A DNA stretch of 60,249 nt from a virus (taxonomy: Duplodnaviria; Caudoviricetes), in IMG/VR virus record IMGVR_UViG_3300023210_000037, positions 1 to 60,249 of that record, one strand, 5' to 3'. The translations under genes were made by a program, and so were the position numbers. Position 1 is the first letter of the stretch; the number at the start of each line of letters is the position of its first letter. A model generated the notes under the pieces. That model was not told the origin of the DNA. It saw only the letters and a list, made by a program, of their open reading frames with translations, and did not search any database. Below are positions 28,955 through 39,769 of this stretch, one piece after another.

Positions 28955-30772
28955 ATGATTAAAAAAATAGATTATAACGCTAGGAATTTTGCACAAGTAA
29001 GGACAGAACTTGTTGGATACATAAAACAATATTATCCAGAAATATTTTCAGATTTTAATGATGCATCGGTGGGTATGATGCTATTGGAACTAAATGCTGC
29101 GGTAGGTGATATGTTATCATTTCATACTGATAGGATGTTTAATGAAACACAAATTGATTATGCTCAAGAAAGGTCATCAGTATTAGAATTGGCAAGAACA
29201 TTTGGGTTAAATATCCCAGGTAAAAGACCAAGTATAACAATAATAGATTGGTCAGTAACTGTACCAACAGCTGGTGACACATTTGACGTATCCTACGCAC
29301 CTTTATTATTAAAAGGTTCACAAGCAACTGGTGCTGGTAAAGTTTTTGAGTTAGTAGAAGATTCTGATTTCTCCTCACCATTTACAACAGGAGGAATACC
29401 AAACAGGTTAATAATTCCAAATATTGATGACTCTGGGTTAGTATTAAATTATACGTTAACTAAAAGAGAAATAGTATTAAATGGTACAACAAAAATTTAT
29501 AAAAGAGTAATTAACCAAGATGATTATAGACCGTTTTTAGAGGTTATATTACCAGAAGATAATGTTTTATCTATTGAAAATATAATTACATTAGAAGGTA
29601 CAAATTTAACAACCGAACCAACATTGAATCAGTTTACTGAATTTGATAATAACTTTTATGAGGTGGAAGCGTTGGCACAAGCTGAGGTATATATACCAGA
29701 TGGAAATAGAAAATCAGATAAAACCGGTATAACTCCAGGTAGGTGGATAAATTCACCGAAAAGATTTATAAAAGAATTTACCGATAATGGTTTTTGTAAA
29801 ATTATATTTGGTGGAGGACAATCAGATATATCTGAATTAAATACATTTATTGGTTGCAGGGGTCAAATAGATAGAATAGGTGATTTTGTTAATAATCTTT
29901 CATTAGGTGAGATACCGATACCCGCAAATACGATGTTTGTTAAATATAGAATAGGTGGTGGAAATAGTAGTAATATTGGACCGAATACTTTAACTAGTTT
30001 AGGTAATATAAGTATGACAATTAATGGTGACGAGGCAACAAAAAATCAAGAAGTTAGAGATAGTTTAGAGGTTAATAACCCGATACCCGCAATTGGTGGA
30101 AAAGAACAACCTTCAGTTAATGAGGTTAGGAACTTAGTTAAATATAATTTTGCTGCACAAAACAGATGTGTTACTATTAAAGATTACCAAAGTAGAATAC
30201 CATTAATGCCTGGTAAGTATGGGGTTCCATTTAGAACTGGTGTTTGGGAAGAAAGAAATAAGGTAAATGTAACAGTATTATCATTAGATGAAAATAGTAA
30301 ATTAAGTAACCAATCCACATCTACATTAAAAGAAAATATTGCAGAATATTTGGCAGATTTTAGAATGTTAAATGATTATGTCACAATAAAAGATGGGAGA
30401 ATTATAAATATAGGTTTTGAAATTTCATTATTTTTAGATAAATCAATATCAAAAGGGGAGATTATTACAGATGTTATTGATGCTGTTACTGAATATTTTG
30501 ATATTAATAATTGGGAAATGGGTGATAATATTTATTTGGCTCAGTTAATTGAAAATATTAATAATGTGGGTGGTGTGTTAAATGTTACAGAATTAAAAGC
30601 TTTTAATAAGGTTGGTAATACTAAATATTCATTGAATAGTATATCACAACCTTATGTTGATGAAGCAACTAAAGAAATTGATTTATTGGGTGAGTATACT
30701 TTATATGGTGAACCAGACTCTATGTTTGAAATAAAATATCCAAATGTGGATATAAAAGTTAGGGGAAAATAA
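28955..30772 (+). CDS. Baseplate wedge subunit (T4 gp6 / baseplate J-like)
   Basis: DFNDASVGMMLLEL, A..RSSV..LA, YRIGGG..SN, GG..., QNRCVT..DY. Confidence 0.85.
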   Translation: MIKKIDYNARNFAQVRTELVGYIKQYYPEIFSDFNDASVGMMLLELNAAVGDMLSFHTDRMFNETQIDYAQERSSVLELARTFGLNIPGKRPSITIIDWSVTVPTAGDTFDVSYAPLLLKGSQATGAGKVFELVEDSDFSSPFTTGGIPNRLIIPNIDDSGLVLNYTLTKREIVLNGTTKIYKRVINQDDYRPFLEVILPEDNVLSIENIITLEGTNLTTEPTLNQFTEFDNNFYEVEALAQAEVYIPDGNRKSDKTGITPGRWINSPKRFIKEFTDNGFCKIIFGGGQSDISELNTFIGCRGQIDRIGDFVNNLSLGEIPIPANTMFVKYRIGGGNSSNIGPNTLTSLGNISMTINGDEATKNQEVRDSLEVNNPIPAIGGKEQPSVNEVRNLVKYNFAAQNRCVTIKDYQSRIPLMPGKYGVPFRTGVWEERNKVNVTVLSLDENSKLSNQSTSTLKENIAEYLADFRMLNDYVTIKDGRIINIGFEISLFLDKSISKGEIITDVIDAVTEYFDINNWEMGDNIYLAQLIENINNVGGVLNVTELKAFNKVGNTKYSLNSISQPYVDEATKEIDLLGEYTLYGEPDSMFEIKYPNVDIKVRGK

Positions 30773-30840
30773 CATTTAAGTGGTAATAGTAATTACTTTA
30801 TGATAAAACGATATTAGTTTATTGTAAAAAATATAAAGTT

Positions 30841-31359
30841 ATGGGATGTAAAGAATGTAAAAGTAAAAAAGGTAAACAAGGTAAACAAGGTAAACAAGGT
30901 AAATCAACGACAATACCTTTAGTACCAGAAGATATAGCTAATGGTGATTTTGGGGGTAATTTTCTATTTAAGGTAGTGGCATTTGCTGCAATAGTTGTTG
31001 CAATACCATTTTTAATAATTATTCTACTTGGTCAGACTTTTATAACCTTTTTTTTACCTAAAATTAAATTTGACTTTACCGGTAAACTAACTAATTTATT
31101 TAAGAAATTAGTTATGTGGTATGCTAAACGCAAAGCAACTAAGGAATTAAAGAAAAAAGAAGAGGAGTTTAAGGGTAACCTTAATTACGATGGTTACGAT
31201 GATTATGATGTTTCTGACAACTCAAATTCCGATGATTATGAAGTATTTGAAACTGAAGAATATACGGTAGAAGATATATTAGAAGACGCAGAAACACTTG
31301 ACTGGGAAAATTTATCTAACCCTAAAGTAAAAAAAGGTAATAACAAAAAAGGTCAATAA
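30841..31359 (+). CDS. Hypothetical membrane protein (172 aa)
   Basis: MGCKECK start, one long hydrophobic segment, acidic tail. Confidence 0.65.
   Translation: MGCKECKSKKGKQGKQGKQGKSTTIPLVPEDIANGDFGGNFLFKVVAFAAIVVAIPFLIIILLGQTFITFFLPKIKFDFTGKLTNLFKKLVMWYAKRKATKELKKKEEEFKGNLNYDGYDDYDVSDNSNSDDYEVFETEEYTVEDILEDAETLDWENLSNPKVKKGNNKKGQ
30871..30903 (+). repeat. Tandem 9-bp repeat (GGTAAACAA)x3+ encoding GKQ
   Basis: ggtaaacaa ggtaaacaa ggtaaacaa ggtaaa. Confidence 0.8.
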
Positions 31360-31366
31360 TGAATAG

Positions 31367-34300
31367 ATGTCCAAGTCAATTAGAGTAAGAACCACCCCAA
31401 ACGGTGACGATAAATACATTAAGGTTGAATTAAAACAAGATTTTGATCTTCTTGAAATTTTAAGTTTAAAATTAAAACAAGAAGACGTGTATCAAAATTT
31501 TTGTTCTAATTATGGTGTTGTTGCGGGGAGGATTAGTGTAAATAATGGCTTTGGATTACCTAACGCTAAGGTATCTATTTTTATACCTATAACAGCAGAA
31601 GATTCACAAGATGAAATTATACGGACACTATACCCATATGAATCTCCCCAACCTCAAGATAAAAACGAACAAGGTATTAGATATAACCTATTACCAAATC
31701 AACAACAAAGTTTTGATCATACACCAGTTGGTACCTTTCCCACAAAATTAGAAATATTAGATAACGCCACCACTCTTGGTATACATGAGAAATATTATAA
31801 ATATACTACTACAACCAATGAAGCTGGTGATTTTATCTTATTCGGTATACCAGTTGGGGAACAGTTATTACATTATGATATAGATTGGAGTGATGTTGGG
31901 TTTTTATCACTTAGACCTTATGATTTAATAGAAAGGGGATTTAATAAGAACCTTTTTTTATCACCATTTAAATTTAGTAGTTCACCAAACCTAGATAATT
32001 TACCACAGTTAGTGGGTCAAAACACCAATATAACGGTTGAACCTTTTTGGTGTGACGATTTAAGTACTGGTAGGGTAGTTGGTATCACACGAAAGGATAT
32101 TGCAATAACTACTATGGATTTAACACCCTCAGCAACATTTTTTGGTAGCGCATTTAGCGATGACGAAAAAGATTCACTTAATAAAAATTGTAGACCTAGG
32201 CGAAAAACGGGGAGATTAGCGGAGGTAATAACAACATCGGGTAAGATAGAAGCAATTAGAAGGACAGTAGAAGGTAGTATAGAAAAATATGACATTTCTG
32301 ATGATGCCATGGACGAAAATGGTAACTGGGCAATGCAATTACCAATGAACATACGTAAAGTAATTACTGATGAATTTGGTAATTTAATTCCTAGTCCAGA
32401 TGGTGTTAGTGGTATTGCAACAGAGGGTGATTATAGGTTTAGGATTTCCATGGATAAAACAGACAACGACAATAAGAAACGTCAAAGAGGAAAATTTTTA
32501 GTTCCAAACATGTCAGATAACTTTATTTTTAATACTTATAGCCTTGGTGATGCCCCTTTTCCTTTTGCCATTAATCAACAACTATCTACCGCAACTGTAG
32601 GGACACCATATTCTGCAGATACCACAAACCAGTATAACTATCTGGAAGATTTTTTCTCGTTTAGATGGAAAAAAGTGTACACTACTAGACAATTTATTGG
32701 TAGGTACTCAAAACAGAAAAACGATGGAAAAAGGAAATTTACTGGGATAAAAGATATTGAGAAAGCTGAAGGCGTAAATAAATTTCCATCTAATAGAATA
32801 GATGGTCAGGTACACCCATTATATAGTTTTTTTGTATTCCTATTAACAATACTAGGGACGATATTTGCCTTAATTAATTGGATTATAATATTCCTTAATT
32901 CAATAATTACAGTATTATGTCAAGTTAAAATACCTGTTGGTCTTTGTATAGAGTCACCATCATGCTCTACCTGCGCAAAAAAAATAAAATGTAGAAAAAG
33001 CGCAAATACTTCAGAAAATATGAGGGGATGTTGTGTGGGTCACCTGGATGATTGTAAAGATGGTTGGGATGATTCGGCAACGGTCAATTCCAGTTACCCT
33101 GGATATGGATACATGATAAAAGGTAACACTGCGTGGCCTTGTTCAGCGTCACCACCAGCTCCATCATATCCTATTTCAGATGCCGGATGTGAAGCTGCTT
33201 GGGGCTCTGTTGACTATGAACTAGATACCGATATAAATCTCGATCAATTTGAAACATCCTCATGTGACGCAGTGTGTGATGGAATTTTAATAAAAGTTGG
33301 AAGCTTTTGCAAGTGTATATCTATCGAATTAAAACTTAAATGTTTATTCGGTGGGTTATTTTGTAAAAAATGCCAACCTTTATGTCCGGGTAATCCCCCG
33401 TTTTCTTGTTGTGGGTGTGGAGATTTCGGGTGTGAGGATGATTGTAATGATGCGGTGTGCGCGTCAGACGATAACGGTGCTAAATGTTGTGAAGAATGCT
33501 GTATAAGAATACCGCTTATTGAACTTACTTGTGCTGAAGATTCATCCTTCCAAAACGTCACACCATATATTATAGGCACACCATTTGCTGGTAAGGTATG
33601 TAATGCTCAACTAATCAGAGGTTATTGTAGAGATTGTTCGGGAATAGGTATCCCATTTATAAGTGGTTGGATTGCATGTAAACTGGAGGGAATGTCAGCG
33701 TTTTTAGGTATGTTAAAATTTGATTTTTATAATGACTGGATAAATGGGTCGTTATATTTCCCATTGATAAAAAGAAAGACTAAAGCAAAAAAGAAAGGGA
33801 GAAAAGCTGGTCAAATAAAATATGATAAGTTTTGTGACTTTGATTGCACCGATTTTCAAGGGGACAGTAAAACATGTTATTTAGTGTCAGTTACTAATTC
33901 ATCTCCAAATGACCAAACCATTAAGATTAAGAAACATGGGGGTAAATTCCAAAACTTCTCCCCACAAAACATTCAATGGTGTGAAGTAACATTTGCCGGG
34001 GGGGAGACAATATCCAGTGCAGAAGGTGGAGTCGGACATACTGTCGCCGCAGATGATCCCAACAATTCCCTTTATAGGTGTAGTTCAGACAATAAAAATA
34101 GTAGTATTAAAACTGCTAGAAAAAAAGCATATGAAAATTTAAAAATTTCTGGTTTTGATGTGAACGGTAATACTTGCAGTTTTTCTTTCTTGGGTTGTTA
34201 TAAAGGTAACGACAGTGGACCCACTTGTCCGTCTGCTTTTGATGATTTTGACAATAACCCTTTCTTAAATCTTGAGAAATCATCATATCAGCAGCCGTCA

Positions 34301-35890
34301 GAACATGATAAACCCTTTTATGTTGAAGCTGAGGATCCAGTTACGGGTATAAAATACCAAAAAAACTTTGGTGGTCATGGTCACCATAAAAATAAGTGTA
34401 ATGACGTTTATAGAGGTGAGAGGTTGGAATATTGGCAAGATAACGGTAGCTGTGCGGGGACAACCTACGATGCTGATGGGAATTTGCAAGGAACTGGTGT
34501 TGGAACCACTGAAATTGCAGATATTGAAGAAGGACCTTGCGGCGGACAAGCCTCACAATGTGTTATAGGGGCTTGTACATGGGGCGCCTGTAGATGTAAA
34601 GCAAATAATGACGCTTGCAGTTCAGAAGACCCTAATCCATGTTGTAACTGCAATCCTAGATCCAATAAGGATAACATCCTTCATGGTATCATTAAAGAGT
34701 TAGATGGTGAACTATACTACGCATCCATCAGCAATGATCGACAAATTTTTTCCCCTACTGGGTCACCACAATCGAGCCAAACTTATAACCCCATTAAAAG
34801 CGAATATAAGTCTAATTTACTATTCCCCACTAATATTTGTGAGGTAGGTAGTTCAGTTTTTTGTGATATAGATGAGTCACCATTTATAATGGATCAACTA
34901 GTACCTACAACATTTAGTATAAGTGAAGAATCTGAAAAATTTAAAGAAGCTGGGTCATCATCCCAGCCTGGTACATTTAACGATCCAATTATGTTAGAGT
35001 CAAAGGAAAGAGATACTTCGAAAATTAATATTAGTGGTTATGTATCATTTGGGATGGTAGGTGTTAAATGTTTAAATACTCAAGCAACTGTAACCCAATC
35101 ACAAATAGGTGTAGATACCATTGATAAAACTGATTTAGACATGGAAATTGGTAAATGTATGATGTATTTTGACCACGATGAAGAAATACGTGAATATTTT
35201 TGTAGAAGGTTTTCTGGATATAAAAATCATGATTTAGATGTTCATTACCAAAGGCCGGGGTCAACCCAATATGATAATGTATATAATACTTACCCAGAAG
35301 AGTTCCCAACAACCGGAAATTTATACTATCAAATTGATGGTGGTACTACACAACAAGGGACAATAAATGACGGTGATTCAATTATTCCGGGAGATAGGTG
35401 TGGTATACAATATAGTAGTTACACATATACCAATTCATTAATGCCCTACGGTAACACAGTAGCGGGTCAAATAGGTGACATTGATTATTTTTATGGTGTC
35501 GCTCCTGGAGTGATGACAAGTGACGCAGCCCTCTCACCGGCATTCCCTACATATGGCGATGGCACTGATGCTTACGGACTAGGTCCTTATTGTCAAACTT
35601 TAACACCATCTATAAATATAGATAGCGCTTCTAACGGTAAACAAGAAGAGAAAGGGATAAACTTCGGAACGTCACAAACACCTTATTATTTTTATTTCGG
35701 TATCTTACCAGGTAAAACAGCATTACATAAAGTAGTGGCAAAATATTTTGCAGATAAAATAGATAAAATAACATTGGGAAAATTAACTGGAGAAAAAAGA
35801 AATAACCAGTCAAACTTTAAAAACGTAGTTAAGAACCCTTTAACTCTTTATAAATCATGTTTAGGTGAAAGTTTAAAGTCAACAGAATAA
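31367..35890 (+). CDS. Large Cys-rich putative virion protein (1507 aa) with N-terminal carboxypeptidase-regulatory-like fold and hydrophobic helix
   Basis: GRISVNNGFGLPNAKVSIF...TTTNEAGDFILFGIPVG; TM-like FFVFLLTILGTIFALINWIIIFLNSIITVL; dense Cys. Confidence 0.6.
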   Translation: MSKSIRVRTTPNGDDKYIKVELKQDFDLLEILSLKLKQEDVYQNFCSNYGVVAGRISVNNGFGLPNAKVSIFIPITAEDSQDEIIRTLYPYESPQPQDKNEQGIRYNLLPNQQQSFDHTPVGTFPTKLEILDNATTLGIHEKYYKYTTTTNEAGDFILFGIPVGEQLLHYDIDWSDVGFLSLRPYDLIERGFNKNLFLSPFKFSSSPNLDNLPQLVGQNTNITVEPFWCDDLSTGRVVGITRKDIAITTMDLTPSATFFGSAFSDDEKDSLNKNCRPRRKTGRLAEVITTSGKIEAIRRTVEGSIEKYDISDDAMDENGNWAMQLPMNIRKVITDEFGNLIPSPDGVSGIATEGDYRFRISMDKTDNDNKKRQRGKFLVPNMSDNFIFNTYSLGDAPFPFAINQQLSTATVGTPYSADTTNQYNYLEDFFSFRWKKVYTTRQFIGRYSKQKNDGKRKFTGIKDIEKAEGVNKFPSNRIDGQVHPLYSFFVFLLTILGTIFALINWIIIFLNSIITVLCQVKIPVGLCIESPSCSTCAKKIKCRKSANTSENMRGCCVGHLDDCKDGWDDSATVNSSYPGYGYMIKGNTAWPCSASPPAPSYPISDAGCEAAWGSVDYELDTDINLDQFETSSCDAVCDGILIKVGSFCKCISIELKLKCLFGGLFCKKCQPLCPGNPPFSCCGCGDFGCEDDCNDAVCASDDNGAKCCEECCIRIPLIELTCAEDSSFQNVTPYIIGTPFAGKVCNAQLIRGYCRDCSGIGIPFISGWIACKLEGMSAFLGMLKFDFYNDWINGSLYFPLIKRKTKAKKKGRKAGQIKYDKFCDFDCTDFQGDSKTCYLVSVTNSSPNDQTIKIKKHGGKFQNFSPQNIQWCEVTFAGGETISSAEGGVGHTVAADDPNNSLYRCSSDNKNSSIKTARKKAYENLKISGFDVNGNTCSFSFLGCYKGNDSGPTCPSAFDDFDNNPFLNLEKSSYQQPSEHDKPFYVEAEDPVTGIKYQKNFGGHGHHKNKCNDVYRGERLEYWQDNGSCAGTTYDADGNLQGTGVGTTEIADIEEGPCGGQASQCVIGACTWGACRCKANNDACSSEDPNPCCNCNPRSNKDNILHGIIKELDGELYYASISNDRQIFSPTGSPQSSQTYNPIKSEYKSNLLFPTNICEVGSSVFCDIDESPFIMDQLVPTTFSISEESEKFKEAGSSSQPGTFNDPIMLESKERDTSKINISGYVSFGMVGVKCLNTQATVTQSQIGVDTIDKTDLDMEIGKCMMYFDHDEEIREYFCRRFSGYKNHDLDVHYQRPGSTQYDNVYNTYPEEFPTTGNLYYQIDGGTTQQGTINDGDSIIPGDRCGIQYSSYTYTNSLMPYGNTVAGQIGDIDYFYGVAPGVMTSDAALSPAFPTYGDGTDAYGLGPYCQTLTPSINIDSASNGKQEEKGINFGTSQTPYYFYFGILPGKTALHKVVAKYFADKIDKITLGKLTGEKRNNQSNFKNVVKNPLTLYKSCLGESLKSTE

Positions 35891-35902
35891 TTAAAAAAAA
35901 TA

Positions 35903-35910
35903 TATTTATA
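35903..35910 (+). promoter_or_regulatory. TATTTATA motif, candidate late promoter
   Basis: 4 nt upstream of ATG 35915. Confidence 0.55.
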
Positions 35911-35914
35911 TATT

Positions 35915-37933
35915 ATGAATAAGGGGTATAAAATACTATTAAATAAAGAGAAATCAGTATTGGCAACTAATATTAATGAAGAAATTAATATTAACATCGA
36001 AAATACCACACAACCATTACCTTTAGGTGATGTGGAACATACAGTTAACGCGTTTGAACAATTTGAAAAAGAGCGAGCGGAATCCACAAAGTATAGGTTT
36101 TATGGTACAATAAACCCAATGATATCTAATATGTTGTATAATGACAATGTTTTTATTATAAATGGTGATCAAGGTGTGGTGGGCAAAAAAATATTATCAG
36201 ATAATATTTTTCTAAATGACGGTTGGTACGGTACTTTTTTTGAAAATAACGATACAAGTGAAGAGGGTAGTCCATATGTTAATAAATTTAATGATAACAG
36301 TTCTACTTTATGCGCATTTACCCCTTTTGACCCTGGGTATGAAAGATTAAATATATTGGACACTGACGGTATACCAAACTATATGTTAAAATTAACATAT
36401 CCTTATTCCACAAAAGATATAACTTTAATAGAAAACAATGGTGGTATAACTTTGGCAGATGGTATACCTGTAATAGAACAAATTAAAATAAGTATTAATG
36501 ATAGGGCATATACGGGATTTAAAACCCCTATAAATCATGGTTTAGATGTTGGTGATAAAATTAAAATGTATAATTTTCAGGACCCTACGGGCAATCTTGT
36601 ACTAAGTGCTAGAACTATTAGTGTTTTTTCACTGGGGAATCAAGTAAATGACGATAAAGAAAGGATTTTTGTTGTGGATATTGATCCAACGGAAATAGTT
36701 GCAGATGTTGGTATTAGCACAATTAAAAGAACTGTTATTGGTGTAGAATCAGAATATTATGTAAGATCATTTTCCGCTTTAACTACAAATGAAATAGATT
36801 ATGATTTATACCCAGCAGCTTTTGGTAAAAATTATTTTAATGATCAAGTTGCGGCATTCTATTTTAAAAACGATATTGACATTAAAAATATTAGGGATAA
36901 TTTAGGTAGACCACTTAGTGAGATATACTTAACAATTATTAAACAAGGTGAAGAACTTGACCCCACTAATTATAATCACATGTATTGGATAAACCAACAA
37001 AGTGGGTTAACACCCCCACTAAATACTCAATTTTGGACATCAATAGCTGGGGGTTATATTACTGAAAAAGTTAAAAATGGTAACTATAACATAAGGGCTT
37101 TTAGTGATAATGCCTTTCCACAAAATTATTATACGGGTATTGATATTGGCGCAACAACATACGATGCAGATATTGTAGAATATAATAGTAATACATTACT
37201 TGAGAAAAAATTAGAGGATGTTTATCATAGGATTAATACTGTTTACAGAGAAAACTTATTATCTACCCCCAACACCCCTATTTCAGGAAGTAATCTTACT
37301 GAAGGATATATTTATATGCCACATAAAAAAATGCAGATTAGGGAGTATTCAGATTTTATTGAAGAGGGTGATACTATAAATACTGTAGGTATACCCGATT
37401 ACTCAACGTCAAAATATTCAGCGAGTACACAATCTTTGGCTACCGGACCAATAGAACCCATACCATTAAGTAAAGTATCTAGACAATTTAAGTGGAGGGA
37501 TTTGTTAGATATTGGTTTTATAGATAGTAATGGATTTGGAGTGGATTACCCATTTGAAAGTGGTGCACATTATCTAAATATTGACACTAGATTTTATCTA
37601 CAACGTCAAGACCCACCTTGTAAAGTGGAATATAAAACAAAGGTAACTTCGTATAGTAAATCAAACTTCCCTCCGGATTTTATAGGCGTTTTATCATCCC
37701 CTACTTTTTACCAAAGTCAGATCACAAATTCATCCGTTCTGGGTCAATCTTCATTAGGGTCAGATTGGTTCGATATCATAACAAGCCCCAACTACGCAGG
37801 GGGGTTAAAAATAGAAATGGTGATTGCAACAATAAAATTTTCGGGTATATATAAATTAGGAGATAGATATACCCCTGGAGGGTGCATAGATTTTTCTATT
37901 ATTAACCAAAAAACTATAGATGATGAATGTTAA
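35915..37933 (+). CDS. Putative virion structural protein (672 aa)
   Basis: Long ORF in baseplate cluster; FEKER.ES.KYRFYG, DNLGRPLSEIYLTIIK, WRDLLD motifs. Confidence 0.55.
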   Translation: MNKGYKILLNKEKSVLATNINEEININIENTTQPLPLGDVEHTVNAFEQFEKERAESTKYRFYGTINPMISNMLYNDNVFIINGDQGVVGKKILSDNIFLNDGWYGTFFENNDTSEEGSPYVNKFNDNSSTLCAFTPFDPGYERLNILDTDGIPNYMLKLTYPYSTKDITLIENNGGITLADGIPVIEQIKISINDRAYTGFKTPINHGLDVGDKIKMYNFQDPTGNLVLSARTISVFSLGNQVNDDKERIFVVDIDPTEIVADVGISTIKRTVIGVESEYYVRSFSALTTNEIDYDLYPAAFGKNYFNDQVAAFYFKNDIDIKNIRDNLGRPLSEIYLTIIKQGEELDPTNYNHMYWINQQSGLTPPLNTQFWTSIAGGYITEKVKNGNYNIRAFSDNAFPQNYYTGIDIGATTYDADIVEYNSNTLLEKKLEDVYHRINTVYRENLLSTPNTPISGSNLTEGYIYMPHKKMQIREYSDFIEEGDTINTVGIPDYSTSKYSASTQSLATGPIEPIPLSKVSRQFKWRDLLDIGFIDSNGFGVDYPFESGAHYLNIDTRFYLQRQDPPCKVEYKTKVTSYSKSNFPPDFIGVLSSPTFYQSQITNSSVLGQSSLGSDWFDIITSPNYAGGLKIEMVIATIKFSGIYKLGDRYTPGGCIDFSIINQKTIDDEC

Positions 37934-38858
37934 TAAATATAAAATACCATTAAGGGATATTAATGTATCCGGCACTTCTGTAAATATACCGATATCGTTA
38001 TCATTTACCCCTGTCGATAATTCTGAATTAATTGAAACAAAATTTATAGAGGATGAGGTAATAAAATCAATAAACCCTATAGTTGACTATAAAAAAGTAA
38101 GGTTTCTTCCTGCCGATGATAATTGGGATTTAATTAGAAAATTAAAAATTAATCTTAATTTTTTTATTAATTTTTATGGTAATATTACCCCTTTTCCTTA
38201 TGATTATTCAGAGTATGCAAATTTAAATACTAATGGTGGGTATGGTGCAGGATATTATAGTGATATTGGGGCATCATTCGATGATTTATTTTGTAGAACT
38301 AGAAGAGTAATGAATAGTTTTTTAAGGTTTAATTTTTTTGATAGTAATATTCCCAGTGAAAATAATTTTTTATTTTTCAACGACATTTTTACTCAGATAG
38401 GTTCAGACCAAAAAAATGAATTTAATTTTGTTTTACCAGCAGAAGAATGCCCAATTAACTATTATTTAGGTGATTCATTATTAGAACCAGAAATGATACA
38501 TGAGGGGTTCTATATGTATTGGTTTAAGGATTTGGTGGACAACGCACTAAATCAAGAATTAGAAATTTATATGACTGCAACATATAACAACTCAATAAAT
38601 GGAGAATCTGTTGGTTTATACACCACCCAATCAGATCTTCAAGACCCCCCTGAGGCAATAGATTTAAATGGACCTAATGGATTAAATTATTTAAAGGTTA
38701 TATTAAAAAATGACAATGGAATATATAAATACAGATTCAGTGGGAGTACGGATCAAATACTTATCAATGGCGGTGGTGTGGATGTTAACCCACCCCTTAA
38801 TAATGATACACCAGAAATAACATTTTGGCAAATAGCACCTAATATAGGAGAGAATTAA
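37920..38858 (+). CDS. Putative virion structural protein (312 aa)
   Basis: Overlapping-coupled ORF in structural cluster. Confidence 0.55.
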   Translation: MMNVNKYKIPLRDINVSGTSVNIPISLSFTPVDNSELIETKFIEDEVIKSINPIVDYKKVRFLPADDNWDLIRKLKINLNFFINFYGNITPFPYDYSEYANLNTNGGYGAGYYSDIGASFDDLFCRTRRVMNSFLRFNFFDSNIPSENNFLFFNDIFTQIGSDQKNEFNFVLPAEECPINYYLGDSLLEPEMIHEGFYMYWFKDLVDNALNQELEIYMTATYNNSINGESVGLYTTQSDLQDPPEAIDLNGPNGLNYLKVILKNDNGIYKYRFSGSTDQILINGGGVDVNPPLNNDTPEITFWQIAPNIGEN

Positions 38859-39757
38859 TGGATTTAATTAAACGAAAACGATCAATAGAGAACTACATTA
38901 TTAGATATGTTCCAGAAAGGTTACAAGATGATCTAGAATTAGATATTAATGCACCAGATTATTTTTATGGTAAAATCCCTAATTTTAAGGTAGATAGTAA
39001 TTGGGAGTATATGAAAGATAGTAATGGTAATGACATCCCGAACACTGTCGATATTGATATATTTTTAACTCAGGATTTTGATGATATGGGAATTTTTACG
39101 GATGCAGTATTTAAATATTTAAAACCATATCTAACCGCATTACAAACCCCAACTAATTTAGGACCTTTTAATTCATTTATATATGGAAGATTCCCATCGG
39201 CTCCTTTGTCATTTTATATCCCACCCATTAAACCAGTAAATGGTACAAGTGATGATGGAAATTTAAGGTCTGTAGAGTCGTATAAAAAGGTTTCATCTAC
39301 AAATGCCCCGATATATAATCCAGGGTTAAATTTATCAGAAGATATTACTATTAGGTTTGATGGGGTAACCGCTGAAGATACAGTTGTGAATGCAGATGTT
39401 ACATATATTTTAGGGGGTGATTTAGACACATTCGGAAATTACATACCAAACACTGGGGTACGTTTTATAACTTTTAAAAATGAATATATTAACACTGAAG
39501 ATCAAGAAGGTAATCCTATTAGGTATAAAAGAACAAATTTTTATAGTCCAGTGGGAGGAATTAATAATAATAATGTAGTATTATCCGCATTAACCAAACA
39601 AGAAGAATATTCTGGTATAGTATTTAAGCCAGAAGTTGAGAGCGAAGTATTTATATATAGAGGTGTAGAAAATATTTTTGAAAAACATGCAATGTTATCC
39701 GAAATAAAAACTACTGACGATATAGATAATAATAGAGGTGGATATTTACGAACATAA
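38858..39757 (+). CDS. Putative virion structural protein (299 aa)
   Basis: TAATG-coupled ORF in structural cluster. Confidence 0.55.
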   Translation: MDLIKRKRSIENYIIRYVPERLQDDLELDINAPDYFYGKIPNFKVDSNWEYMKDSNGNDIPNTVDIDIFLTQDFDDMGIFTDAVFKYLKPYLTALQTPTNLGPFNSFIYGRFPSAPLSFYIPPIKPVNGTSDDGNLRSVESYKKVSSTNAPIYNPGLNLSEDITIRFDGVTAEDTVVNADVTYILGGDLDTFGNYIPNTGVRFITFKNEYINTEDQEGNPIRYKRTNFYSPVGGINNNNVVLSALTKQEEYSGIVFKPEVESEVFIYRGVENIFEKHAMLSEIKTTDDIDNNRGGYLRT

Positions 39758-39769
39758 AAAACAAAGAAA

